20,000 bases of DNA from IMG/VR virus record IMGVR_UViG_3300005534_000002; one strand, given 5' to 3'. Numbering within the stretch: the first letter of the stretch is position 1; each line of letters opens with the position of its first letter. Below the pieces are notes generated by a model. That model was not told where the DNA came from. It worked only from the letters and a program-made list of their open reading frames with translations, and did no database searches. Below, piece by piece: positions 1-7,424 of this stretch. The DNA comes from an uncultured virus (IMG/VR IMGVR_UViG_3300005534_000002) (lineage: Duplodnaviria > Heunggongvirae > Uroviricota > Caudoviricetes). A program made the position numbers and the translations under genes.

Positions 1-2
1 TC

Positions 3-545
3 GAAAGCAGCGGACGCTCCGATGCGGGCGAGACGGCCAGAGCTATGGGCTACCTGCTCACGTGGCAGGCCGAGCAGCAAGGCACTATGGTCGTCGCCAC
101 GGCGAACGACGTTCGGCAACTCCGACCCGAGCAGATTCGGGAAGGTCGATTCGGAGCGAAGATTTGGGTCGGGCTGCCCGAGCACGAAGACCGCAAAAAG
201 ATTTTCGGTGTTCATCTCCAGAAACGGGGACGAGCGCCAGGGCAGTTCAGCCTCGACAAGCTGGCCGAGATGTCCGAGCGTTTCTCCGGGGCCGAGATCG
301 AACAGGCGGTCAAGAACGCGCTGCTCTACGCCTTCATGGATGGTGGCGGGGAACGTGGTCTGTCTCCCGCAGACCTGGAGCGCGGAATCAAGGACATCAC
401 ACCGACCGGGCTCGTCAACAAGAAAGAGATTGACGACCTAGAGCGATGGGCCGAGGAAAAGCTGGGCGCTGTGAGCGCATCCAGCAAGGAACTGTCTTTG
501 ACGGGACAGCGGCCCGGATCGATCGCAGCCATCGAAGTGGCATAG
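3..545 (+). CDS. Ycf46-family AAA+ ATPase, C-terminal part (5' truncated by window)
   Basis: The frame is open from position 3 (ESSGRSDAGETARAMGYLLTW). It contains VVATAND (sensor I), LRPEQIREGRF (arginine finger) and FSGAEIEQAV (sensor II), all typical of Ycf46-like ATPases. Confidence 0.85.
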   Translation, partial: ESSGRSDAGETARAMGYLLTWQAEQQGTMVVATANDVRQLRPEQIREGRFGAKIWVGLPEHEDRKKIFGVHLQKRGRAPGQFSLDKLAEMSERFSGAEIEQAVKNALLYAFMDGGGERGLSPADLERGIKDITPTGLVNKKEIDDLERWAEEKLGAVSASSKELSLTGQRPGSIAAIEVA

Positions 546-553
546 GAGCGAAC

Positions 554-757
554 ATGGCTATCCATAAAGCGCAACTCATAGACAACGTGGACCTGTACCT
601 CGCGGCGAAGGCGCTCAGTCGATACGCTGTCCAGTTGGAGAACGAGATCAAGACGATGCCGCTGGGACGCGAGCGACGACGCAAGCAGGCGTTGTGGGCG
701 GATTGCACACGCGCGTCCTTCAAACTGTTCGCGGTTCTCGACACAGAGCAGGCGTGA
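554..757 (+). CDS. hypothetical protein (67 aa)
   Basis: AGGAG SD before ATG 554; fills the gap between neighbours. Confidence 0.7.
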   Translation: MAIHKAQLIDNVDLYLAAKALSRYAVQLENEIKTMPLGRERRRKQALWADCTRASFKLFAVLDTEQA

Positions 758-758
758 C

Positions 759-995
759 ATGACCAAACCACTGGAGGAGCTAGGACTCTACATCAAATGC
801 CGTCAGGCCGATGGCCGCGAGGAACATGTCACGGTGCTCAGCATCAGGTTTCACAGGGGTGGTTTCACCATCCGCAGCGGCCTGCTAGGCGGCTCATTCA
901 TAGAGACACGCGGCACCGGCTTGGCCGACACAATGGACGAGCACGGCAAGAAGCTACGACAAGATCAAATCTGGCGAAGGGATGAACCGCAATGA
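759..995 (+). CDS. hypothetical protein
   Basis: Starts 1 nt after the previous stop; ATGA overlap with the next ORF. Confidence 0.7.
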   Translation: MTKPLEELGLYIKCRQADGREEHVTVLSIRFHRGGFTIRSGLLGGSFIETRGTGLADTMDEHGKKLRQDQIWRRDEPQ

Positions 996-1231
996 ACAAC
1001 GAAGAGCGAATCAACGAAGAAGCACGACTCCTGGAGCACATATCCGTCGAGGTCAGCAAGGCGGTGTACGAACGGCTCGACCACACCACACGGAACGGGC
1101 GAACCATCGAAGTCGAAGGTCGCGCCCACAGATCATGCGTGATCCACACGCTCGACCCTGACGGGCAGCGTCGCAGCTATCGGGTCAGCGTGAACCAGGA
1201 AGTAGACCTGTACGAAAGGACTGACCAGTGA
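992..1231 (+). CDS. hypothetical protein
   Basis: ATGA and GTGA coupling to both neighbours. Confidence 0.7.
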   Translation: MNNEERINEEARLLEHISVEVSKAVYERLDHTTRNGRTIEVEGRAHRSCVIHTLDPDGQRRSYRVSVNQEVDLYERTDQ

Positions 1232-1647
1232 GCAAATACATGGAGTTCCCGGAAGCGCAGTTCAAGTCCAAGGCGCTTCTGCTCAACGCGCTGCATCAGC
1301 TTGGATGGACGCCAGAGCAGATCGAGGTCCACGGCACACCCGCGAACCTCGTCGGCTTTCAGGGCGACACCCGAGCAGACACAGCGGACATCATCATCCG
1401 CCGCAAGTTTATCGGCTCGCTCTCGAACGATCTGGGTTTCCGGTACGTCAACGGAGCGTACGTCCCGATCGTGAGCGAGTACGACAACCGCTACCTGCGA
1501 CGGCGGGCCGGCATGGAGCACGGCTTTGTGCCGACGCTGCGCCACGCCTACAACCAGGAGGTCGCCAGCGAGATCACGCGACGGCTCCGGGGCCGGCAAG
1601 TGACACAGCAACGGGGCAGCACGCGACAGACCGTCGTGAGCTACTAG
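1228..1647 (+). CDS. DUF1257 (Ycf35-like) domain protein
   Basis: Pattern LLLNALHQLGW...LVGFQGDTR...ADIIIRR...SNDLGFR...Y.PIVSEYD...Y matches DUF1257; sits with a Ycf46 AAA and DUF2997 as usual. Confidence 0.85.
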   Translation: MSKYMEFPEAQFKSKALLLNALHQLGWTPEQIEVHGTPANLVGFQGDTRADTADIIIRRKFIGSLSNDLGFRYVNGAYVPIVSEYDNRYLRRRAGMEHGFVPTLRHAYNQEVASEITRRLRGRQVTQQRGSTRQTVVSY

Positions 1648-1656
1648 GAGGGAATC

Positions 1657-1845
1657 ATGCCTACAGTGACATTCGAGAGCGATGCACGAACGGGTCAGAT
1701 GACCGTTGACATCAACGGGATCGTCGGCCCAGCCTGCGACAACATCCTGAAGCTGATCGAGGAGCTAACCGGCGCGCCAGGGACGATCGAGCAGAAACCC
1801 GAGTACCACCAGCGCGTCGTCAGCACACGGCGGGTCGGACGATGA
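1657..1845 (+). CDS. DUF2997 domain protein
   Basis: 62 aa with G.MTVD.NGIVGPAC...IEE..G...KPEY, the DUF2997 pattern; strong SD AGGAGGG. Confidence 0.85.
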   Translation: MPTVTFESDARTGQMTVDINGIVGPACDNILKLIEELTGAPGTIEQKPEYHQRVVSTRRVGR

Positions 1846-2285
1846 GCGACGAAGAGTTCAACGAGGAAACCTGGACCTACATCGGCAGGCGTACGCGGTA
1901 CGGCAGCGACAAGCTCTGCTACTGCTACCTTGACGAACAGGGACTGGAGCGTTCTTTCGCCAAGGGCAAGATCGGTGTCATCGGTGGCCGGTATAAGGCT
2001 CTAGTAAAGCATGACGGCGACCGCGTCCTTGTGCGTGGAACGTTCAAGTACGTGGACGACGGTGACAGGAGCGAGAACGATCCCGTCATCCTGGAATGGC
2101 TCACGCAGGACAACGCCGCGTACGACCTGGACTACGCACGCCGCGCCGAGCAGCGCGACATCAAGAAGATGCGCGCTCTGGGCAATCTCACCCTGGACGA
2201 GTTGAGCCAGGCCATGCGGAAACTCAGCGGCGACGAACGCAGGGCCATGCTCCTTCGGGTCTTTGAATACCTGATGAGGTACTAG
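1842..2285 (+). CDS. hypothetical phage protein
   Basis: ATGA overlap with DUF2997; 147 aa with natural composition. Confidence 0.8.
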   Translation: MSDEEFNEETWTYIGRRTRYGSDKLCYCYLDEQGLERSFAKGKIGVIGGRYKALVKHDGDRVLVRGTFKYVDDGDRSENDPVILEWLTQDNAAYDLDYARRAEQRDIKKMRALGNLTLDELSQAMRKLSGDERRAMLLRVFEYLMRY

Positions 2286-2287
2286 GC

Positions 2288-2509
2288 ATGGAAGCTGACA
2301 AGCCCATCGAAGTCGAGATTCGGCTACGGGAAAGAGCCACAGAAACAATGGCGAGCAGAGTCGCGGCGATCCTCCAGCACGACGTTGACGTCGAGTGCGT
2401 CCCGGCGTGCGGTCTGGCGATGCGTGCCTTGTTCGCTCTGTCCAAGGGTAACTTCCTGCAAGCGCGGCAACTACTCGAACGCGCAGAAAGAGAGCGAAAC
2501 AATGCCTGA
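2288..2509 (+). CDS. hypothetical protein
   Basis: Starts 2 nt after the previous stop and overlaps the next start. Confidence 0.7.
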   Translation: MEADKPIEVEIRLRERATETMASRVAAILQHDVDVECVPACGLAMRALFALSKGNFLQARQLLERAERERNNA

Positions 2510-3152
2510 GTTGATCTTCATTCAAGACGGAACCGGATCACTCACCGTCGAAGGTATGAGCGAAGCGGACTTCATGGCACTGGCGGCTGACCTGTTGCCG
2601 ACGCCGACCGAAGTGAACTGCGGTATCCCGCGCCGCAAGCTCGTGCCCGCACCGAGCGTCGGCAGTCTACGTGTCCACGCGATCTGGCATGGCAGTGTCG
2701 TGGAGGGTCCGGGCGTCCGCTCGGTGTTGCAAGTACAGGGTTGCCCCATCCGCTGCGCAGGGTGCTACGTGCCCGAAACGCACGCTGCGGGCACGGGCGT
2801 TACCATGTCCAGTGTCGATGCCGTCGCGTCCCTCTTGGACCCGTTTTTGAAGCGTGATGGCGTGACTGTTCTCGGTGGCGAGCCACTCGCTCAGGCGGAC
2901 GCGCTGCTGCCGGTTCTTGAATCGCTCGTGGCGTGGGGGGTCCATACGGTGCTGTACACCGGCTACACGATCGAGCGCATCGCGAAACACGGAACACCCG
3001 CACAGAAACGGTGCCTGCTACTAGCCGACATGGTCATCGACGGACCATACGTGAAAGCGTTGTCTGATGGCGCTGGCGAATGGCGCGGCAGCCGGAACCA
3101 GCGGGTCCTGAGCAAGACCGAGGTCCGGTCCCTGATGGGAGGAGCGTCGTGA
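2502..3152 (+). CDS. NrdG-like radical SAM (glycyl-radical activase family) protein with N-terminal extension
   Basis: GPGVR...QGCPIRCAGC (CxxxCxxC), GVTVLGGEP, YTGY, DMVIDGPY and WRGSRNQRV are NrdG-type motifs. ATG 2502 overlaps the upstream gene. Confidence 0.88.
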   Translation: MPELIFIQDGTGSLTVEGMSEADFMALAADLLPTPTEVNCGIPRRKLVPAPSVGSLRVHAIWHGSVVEGPGVRSVLQVQGCPIRCAGCYVPETHAAGTGVTMSSVDAVASLLDPFLKRDGVTVLGGEPLAQADALLPVLESLVAWGVHTVLYTGYTIERIAKHGTPAQKRCLLLADMVIDGPYVKALSDGAGEWRGSRNQRVLSKTEVRSLMGGAS

Positions 3153-3418
3153 AGGGCTACATCCACTTCCAGATGTTGAGCGACAGCATCGAAGTCCGCG
3201 TCACGAACGATCTTCACAGCCCAGGCCGGCGCTACTCCATCAGCACGAGTCGTCACAGGAGCTACCCGCCCATGCGCGCAGATGGATACGTTGCGCACGT
3301 AACGACGACATCTCCTAATCAGATGTTCACGGCAGGACCACGACGCACCAGACTCGGCGCGGTCATCGCTGCGCTCGAACAAATCGACTACTTTCACCAG
3401 GAGGAAGAGCGTGAATAA
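3149..3418 (+). CDS. hypothetical protein
   Basis: GGAGGAG SD; GTGA overlap with the radical SAM stop. Confidence 0.7.
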   Translation: MKGYIHFQMLSDSIEVRVTNDLHSPGRRYSISTSRHRSYPPMRADGYVAHVTTTSPNQMFTAGPRRTRLGAVIAALEQIDYFHQEEERE

Positions 3419-3692
3419 CAATCTGAAGGGGCGCGCCCTCAAGTTACCTGACTCGCGGGTCGGACGCATCGTGAACGCTTACGAAAAAGGACACCGGCTG
3501 GCGCTCGTCCTGGACATGAACCACGACTGCGCTGCCGTGTGGGCGGCTGACCGAACCAAGGGTGGTGGCATGGCGCAATTCAAAACGGAGCTATGTCGCC
3601 ACGATAACCCTCTGTGGTGGGGCGTGACTGGATGCGGTCAGCACACGCACTGTATGGGCTGTGGCGGCATAGTAGACCCGGAGAACATGTAA
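3411..3692 (+). CDS. hypothetical protein with C-terminal Zn-ribbon-like motif
   Basis: GGAGG SD; CRH...C...HCMGCGG near the C-terminus. Confidence 0.65.
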   Translation: MNNNLKGRALKLPDSRVGRIVNAYEKGHRLALVLDMNHDCAAVWAADRTKGGGMAQFKTELCRHDNPLWWGVTGCGQHTHCMGCGGIVDPENM

Positions 3693-4147
3693 TGAGAGAG
3701 GGTAGACTGCAACCCGAGAACGATCAAGAGTGCTCGATCGTGGACTACCTGCGGGTCATCGCGGACGGTATGCCGAACGCTCATCCCGACTTCCGGGCGC
3801 TGCTCGACAAGGGTCGGTTCTGGACACCGCAGCCGCTCCCGCGAGAGTACGAACTAGCTACGCCGAAACAGTGCTTCAAGAACGCGGGACAACTCAGCCT
3901 GGTCCACACAGAGCTTCGCTACTGCGAGGGCTACGCTCTCGGCTTTGTCATCCCGGTCCATCATGCGTGGCTCGTTGACGAGAGCGGCATGGTGATTGAC
4001 CCGACCTGGAGGATCAAGCCGCGCGGTCGCAAGAATGTTCATGATCCAGCCGACCTGGGCTACTTCGGGATCGTCTACGAGCAGGGACGGTTCTGGGAGA
4101 TAATCCGGCAACGGGGTCGTTGGGGCACACTCTTCGCATGGGGGTAG
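3692..4147 (+). CDS. transglutaminase/papain-like fold protein (putative Cys-His-Asp triad)
   Basis: TAATG coupling; motifs KQCFKNA, YCEGYA, HAWLVD, VIDPTW. Confidence 0.65.
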   Translation: MREGRLQPENDQECSIVDYLRVIADGMPNAHPDFRALLDKGRFWTPQPLPREYELATPKQCFKNAGQLSLVHTELRYCEGYALGFVIPVHHAWLVDESGMVIDPTWRIKPRGRKNVHDPADLGYFGIVYEQGRFWEIIRQRGRWGTLFAWG

Positions 4148-4161
4148 AAAGGGGCAGAAAC

Positions 4162-4428
4162 ATGGATGACCGATACTCACGTCCCGTAAAGATTTTCTGA
4201 GCAGTCGTCGTGCGGTACGGTCGTACCCTCGAAGACGGCTTCCTGCCTGTGTTCAGCGTGAACACCGAGGAAGAGGCGAAGCGACTGCTAGTGCTTGCCT
4301 GCCCCATCAACCTGGAGGGCGAGTATGTCGCGGCAGAGTTGGTCCACGAGCAGACCTTCGAGAACCTACAGGCGTTCAGCGACAGACTCGCATCAATCTG
4401 GCAAATGCTCAACAAGGACAAGCAATGA
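4162..4428 (+). CDS. 88-aa hypothetical protein with in-frame TGA at codon 13 (candidate selenoprotein or nonsense-mutated gene)
   Basis: Purine-rich SD (GAAAGGGG) precedes ATG 4162. MDDRYSRPVKIF-TGA(4198-4200)-AVVVRYGR... continues in frame to 4428, which couples to the next gene by ATGA. No SD precedes the alternative GTG 4210. Confidence 0.65.
4201..4240 (+). promoter_or_regulatory. bacterial SECIS-like stem-loop directly 3' of the in-frame TGA
   Basis: Lower stem AGTCGTC (4203-4209)/GACGGCT (4234-4240), upper stem GGTAC (4214-4218)/GTACC (4223-4227), apical loop GGTC (4219-4222), 18 nt after the TGA. Confidence 0.4.
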
Positions 4429-4778
4429 ACACCACGGAAACCAATCAAGCCAACCCGTACGCCGGCCTGGTTGAGCCACTGTACGCTCTCCAGGAGGAAC
4501 TGATTGACCAAGCTGACTACTTCGACATCGAGGCAGGTCGCTTACTCGGTGACGCGGGAGCCATAGACAGAAACGGGATCAAGGACGTGAACATGAAAAC
4601 ACGATTCATCCGCCTGCGTGAACAGGCAGACTACCTGCGCTACCACGCCCAGATCATCGAGAGCGCAGCCAAGATATGCGCTGGGCGCGGATCAGCAGCA
4701 GAACTGACACCCGCGCCGTTTGTCCTGCCAACCGGATGGACGGCGCTCCCATACTCATTCATGGAGTCGTGGGCATGA
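4425..4778 (+). CDS. hypothetical protein
   Basis: AAGGA SD; ATGA coupling at both ends. Confidence 0.75.
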   Translation: MNTTETNQANPYAGLVEPLYALQEELIDQADYFDIEAGRLLGDAGAIDRNGIKDVNMKTRFIRLREQADYLRYHAQIIESAAKICAGRGSAAELTPAPFVLPTGWTALPYSFMESWA

Positions 4779-4972
4779 GTTACTTTGCTGTAGGAACCAA
4801 GGTCAGGCTCAAGCTCAAGGTACACGGCCACAAGATACCCGTAGGGAGCGAAGGTATCGTAGCCAACAACGAAGACCGCGTCTACCTCGTGGTATTCCCC
4901 TCATTCAAGGGGCCTGTCAAGATTGCTTGCTTCGACTACGAGTTGGAGCGAGTCCCAAGAAAGGAAGACTGA
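4775..4972 (+). CDS. small SH3-like beta-barrel protein
   Basis: FAVGTKVRL...IPVGSEGIV...YLVVF...ELERV, a pattern typical of SH3-like phage proteins; ATGA overlap. Confidence 0.7.
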   Translation: MSYFAVGTKVRLKLKVHGHKIPVGSEGIVANNEDRVYLVVFPSFKGPVKIACFDYELERVPRKED

Positions 4973-5238
4973 TGAGCTACGTCGTGTATCGCGACGAACG
5001 CGATGACAAGTTTGAGCGATTAAGACGAATACAGGTCATCTACCATCACCCGGACGGGAGCGTGTACGCCGCCTACGACGACTCCGACCCAGCGGAAGGG
5101 CTTGTTCGGGACGTCATCGCAGCACTTCTGCGCGGGGCCATCAGGAGGCACCTCAACATGGGTCCATCTCAGAAGCTTGAAGACGAGCGCGTCACCGTGA
5201 GGGACTACCTCATGACAAAGGAAGGAGCAGAACAATGA
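4972..5238 (+). CDS. hypothetical protein
   Basis: TGATG coupling; AAGGA SD. Confidence 0.7.
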   Translation: MSYVVYRDERDDKFERLRRIQVIYHHPDGSVYAAYDDSDPAEGLVRDVIAALLRGAIRRHLNMGPSQKLEDERVTVRDYLMTKEGAEQ

Positions 5239-5819
5239 CCGCAGGAACCGTCGAGATCGACGGGAGACACCCATACCAGCGAGCGATCGAGTCTTGCCAA
5301 CGAGCCGTCGAAGCCGCAGAGGCGTACTACGAAGAGATACGCCGACAAAACGAGGCTGCCAAGGACAACCCTAAGACGCGCAAAAGCTGGCGTTCCCAGC
5401 AGGCGGGGGCGGCGCGGGCCGTTACCACCGCGAAGCGAAACCTAGAGAAAGCGGAGGCCGCGTACAAGTACAGCAGCATGTCGCTGAAAGAGGCTCACAC
5501 AGCGATCAGCGCCGAGAGTACCGAACAGCCTGGCTGTTCGGTACATTGGCTCTCCAGGCCGGTGAGTGACATCCAAAACAAGCTTTCCGAATGGCGGTTC
5601 ATCTGCAACAAGGTCATAAGCATGGCGAGCAACGTACCGCAAGACGCGAGCGACCTGTGGTGGTTGTACGGCGACCTTCAGATCGCCAGGGGCGACGTGC
5701 CGCCGACCGAGATCACAAACAAATTCGTGGAGACCAAAGCAGCTATCTTGCTCGACGCGGCAATGGACTTCCTCGAAACAACCGAGGAGCTTCCCTGTCC
5801 GAAACAGGAGACGATGTAA
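5235..5819 (+). CDS. hypothetical protein (helical/coiled-coil N-terminal half)
   Basis: AAGGAG SD; ATGA overlap; 194 aa. Confidence 0.75.
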   Translation: MTAGTVEIDGRHPYQRAIESCQRAVEAAEAYYEEIRRQNEAAKDNPKTRKSWRSQQAGAARAVTTAKRNLEKAEAAYKYSSMSLKEAHTAISAESTEQPGCSVHWLSRPVSDIQNKLSEWRFICNKVISMASNVPQDASDLWWLYGDLQIARGDVPPTEITNKFVETKAAILLDAAMDFLETTEELPCPKQETM

Positions 5820-6292
5820 TGGAAGAACAACCCATCTACCGCAGCAACCTTCACGGCAAGAGCACGTCATGGCGAACTGGCAGCCAGCGAGAAGTGCCCG
5901 CGATGTACGCACTCTCGCGCGAGGTCAGCAGCTTACTTGACCGTCTGGACTGGCGTGGTTCCAGGTCGTTTGCGTACGTTTCGGGCACCGAGCCAAAAGG
6001 GAACGCTCACTTCTGGGACGTCGGCGTGACGCTGCGATTGACCGTGCCGAACATGAGCGATCTGCCGGCGCTGTTGTCGTGGCTGATGGACTTCCCGTCC
6101 GACAGCGACAAGGCGTTTCAGGCCACACCACCGAACGAGCGCGACTACCGCATCGAGGCGAACATCGCGCGAGCCATCGAGCTTGGCCTGTTCTCCGAGG
6201 CGTGGCGCGACAACGCCCAACTCATGCTCAACGAGATTCGAGATAGCATCGCACGCCGAGCGTACGGCGCAATTACTGGAGAGAACCTGTGA
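5819..6292 (+). CDS. hypothetical protein
   Basis: AGGAG upstream; TAATG coupling at 5817-5821. Confidence 0.75.
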   Translation: MEEQPIYRSNLHGKSTSWRTGSQREVPAMYALSREVSSLLDRLDWRGSRSFAYVSGTEPKGNAHFWDVGVTLRLTVPNMSDLPALLSWLMDFPSDSDKAFQATPPNERDYRIEANIARAIELGLFSEAWRDNAQLMLNEIRDSIARRAYGAITGENL

Positions 6293-6900
6293 ACAACTAC
6301 GACAAAACAATTCGATCGCTGCTCCTCGCGGCCCCGCCCATCTACCGCAAAGTGTTTCGTCCTGACTGTAGCCTGGAGGGGACATGCATCGCCATCGAGG
6401 CGCTCGCCTACTTCGGCGTTCCGGCCACGGCGATGTCCGCGTCCCTCTGGGCGTTCAACCCATACGCCGTCAAGGTCGTGGAAACAGAGGGCTTGCTCAC
6501 GAGCGAGAATCCGAAAGCAGAGGAACATCTGGAAGCTGGCTACCACGCGGCATGGGTCGGAAAGACTGGCGACGTTGTACCGGGTCGCTGGGACGGCTAC
6601 CTCGTCATCGTCACGGACAAGCATCTTGTGGACCTGACCATCGGCAACGCGGGGGTGCCCGAGAAGGGACTGCCGTTGGCGGCGATGTCTCTGGAGCGTC
6701 CTGAAAGCTTCGATCAGCCGGCAGGCTACGAGCTACCGGGCGGCGCGAAGGTGCTGTACACGTTCTACCCGACCGACACCAGCTACAAGCAGGCGCGCAA
6801 CTGGAGCAAGGAACGACTCCAGGACGTGACCGGACTTGTCATCAGAGCCATGAAGGCGGTTCAGGTCCAGATGGAGGCCGAAGATGGCGCTGCGGTGTAA
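6289..6900 (+). CDS. hypothetical protein, possibly degenerate transglutaminase-like fold
   Basis: GGAG SD and GTGA overlap; PDC...LAYFGV.A...WDGYLV...LVDLT motif spacing. Confidence 0.7.
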   Translation: MNNYDKTIRSLLLAAPPIYRKVFRPDCSLEGTCIAIEALAYFGVPATAMSASLWAFNPYAVKVVETEGLLTSENPKAEEHLEAGYHAAWVGKTGDVVPGRWDGYLVIVTDKHLVDLTIGNAGVPEKGLPLAAMSLERPESFDQPAGYELPGGAKVLYTFYPTDTSYKQARNWSKERLQDVTGLVIRAMKAVQVQMEAEDGAAV

Positions 6901-7288
6901 GAACTGCGGGGAGCCGATCCGCAACAGCGACTGGACGCCGATCGTGTCGGACGGCACACGCTGGTGGCATGGCAACTGTGCCGACGCTGCGAACAGGCGC
7001 GTATCGACGTGCAGCCTACCGGCTGATGTCACCGACGCTGTTTCAGGCATCGCGCTTGCATTCATCCAGGTCAGCCCCACGAGCGGGTTGCCCGACCGAC
7101 TGATGGGCGCTATGGAGGCCAACGACCTGGACGAAGTTGAACACGTCAGCGCGCTCATGGTCGTGCGCATCGTGGCGTCTGGTAAGACATCGCTAGGGAA
7201 ACTCTGCGCAGAGCGATGGGCCGCAGCTTTCATCCCGCAGGAGGGGAATCGTGCAACAACCACGCCTGAAGCAGCGCCCGAGACTTAA
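6884..7288 (+). CDS. hypothetical protein with N-terminal Zn-binding motif
   Basis: GGAGG SD; CKNCGEPI...WWHGNC. Confidence 0.7.
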   Translation: MALRCKNCGEPIRNSDWTPIVSDGTRWWHGNCADAANRRVSTCSLPADVTDAVSGIALAFIQVSPTSGLPDRLMGAMEANDLDEVEHVSALMVVRIVASGKTSLGKLCAERWAAAFIPQEGNRATTTPEAAPET

Positions 7289-7424
7289 AACCAGACCACG
7301 GCTCAAGACCCAGCCGCGCCTGAAGCAGCTACCGCGAGTGGCGAGGATCGAGCGCCCTGAGCCTAAGCCGCCAGGTCATCTCTTCCTCGCGATCCTGCTA
7401 GTGCATCTGCTCCACCGTAGGTGA
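7251..7424 (+). CDS. 57-aa cationic peptide with tandem PRLK repeats and hydrophobic C-terminal tail (not in ORF track)
   Basis: SD AGGAGGGG then AATC-GTG. Translation: MQQPRLKQRPRLKTRPRLKTQPRLKQLPRVARIERPEPKPPGHLFLAILLVHLLHRR. The repeats are conserved in amino acids but vary at synonymous positions. Confidence 0.65.
   Translation: MQQPRLKQRPRLKTRPRLKTQPRLKQLPRVARIERPEPKPPGHLFLAILLVHLLHRR

Noticed and set aside
2502..3152. Assigning gene symbol nrdG and an anaerobic ribonucleotide reductase role
   Set aside because: No nrdD is in the window, and the N-terminal extension and gene context are atypical.
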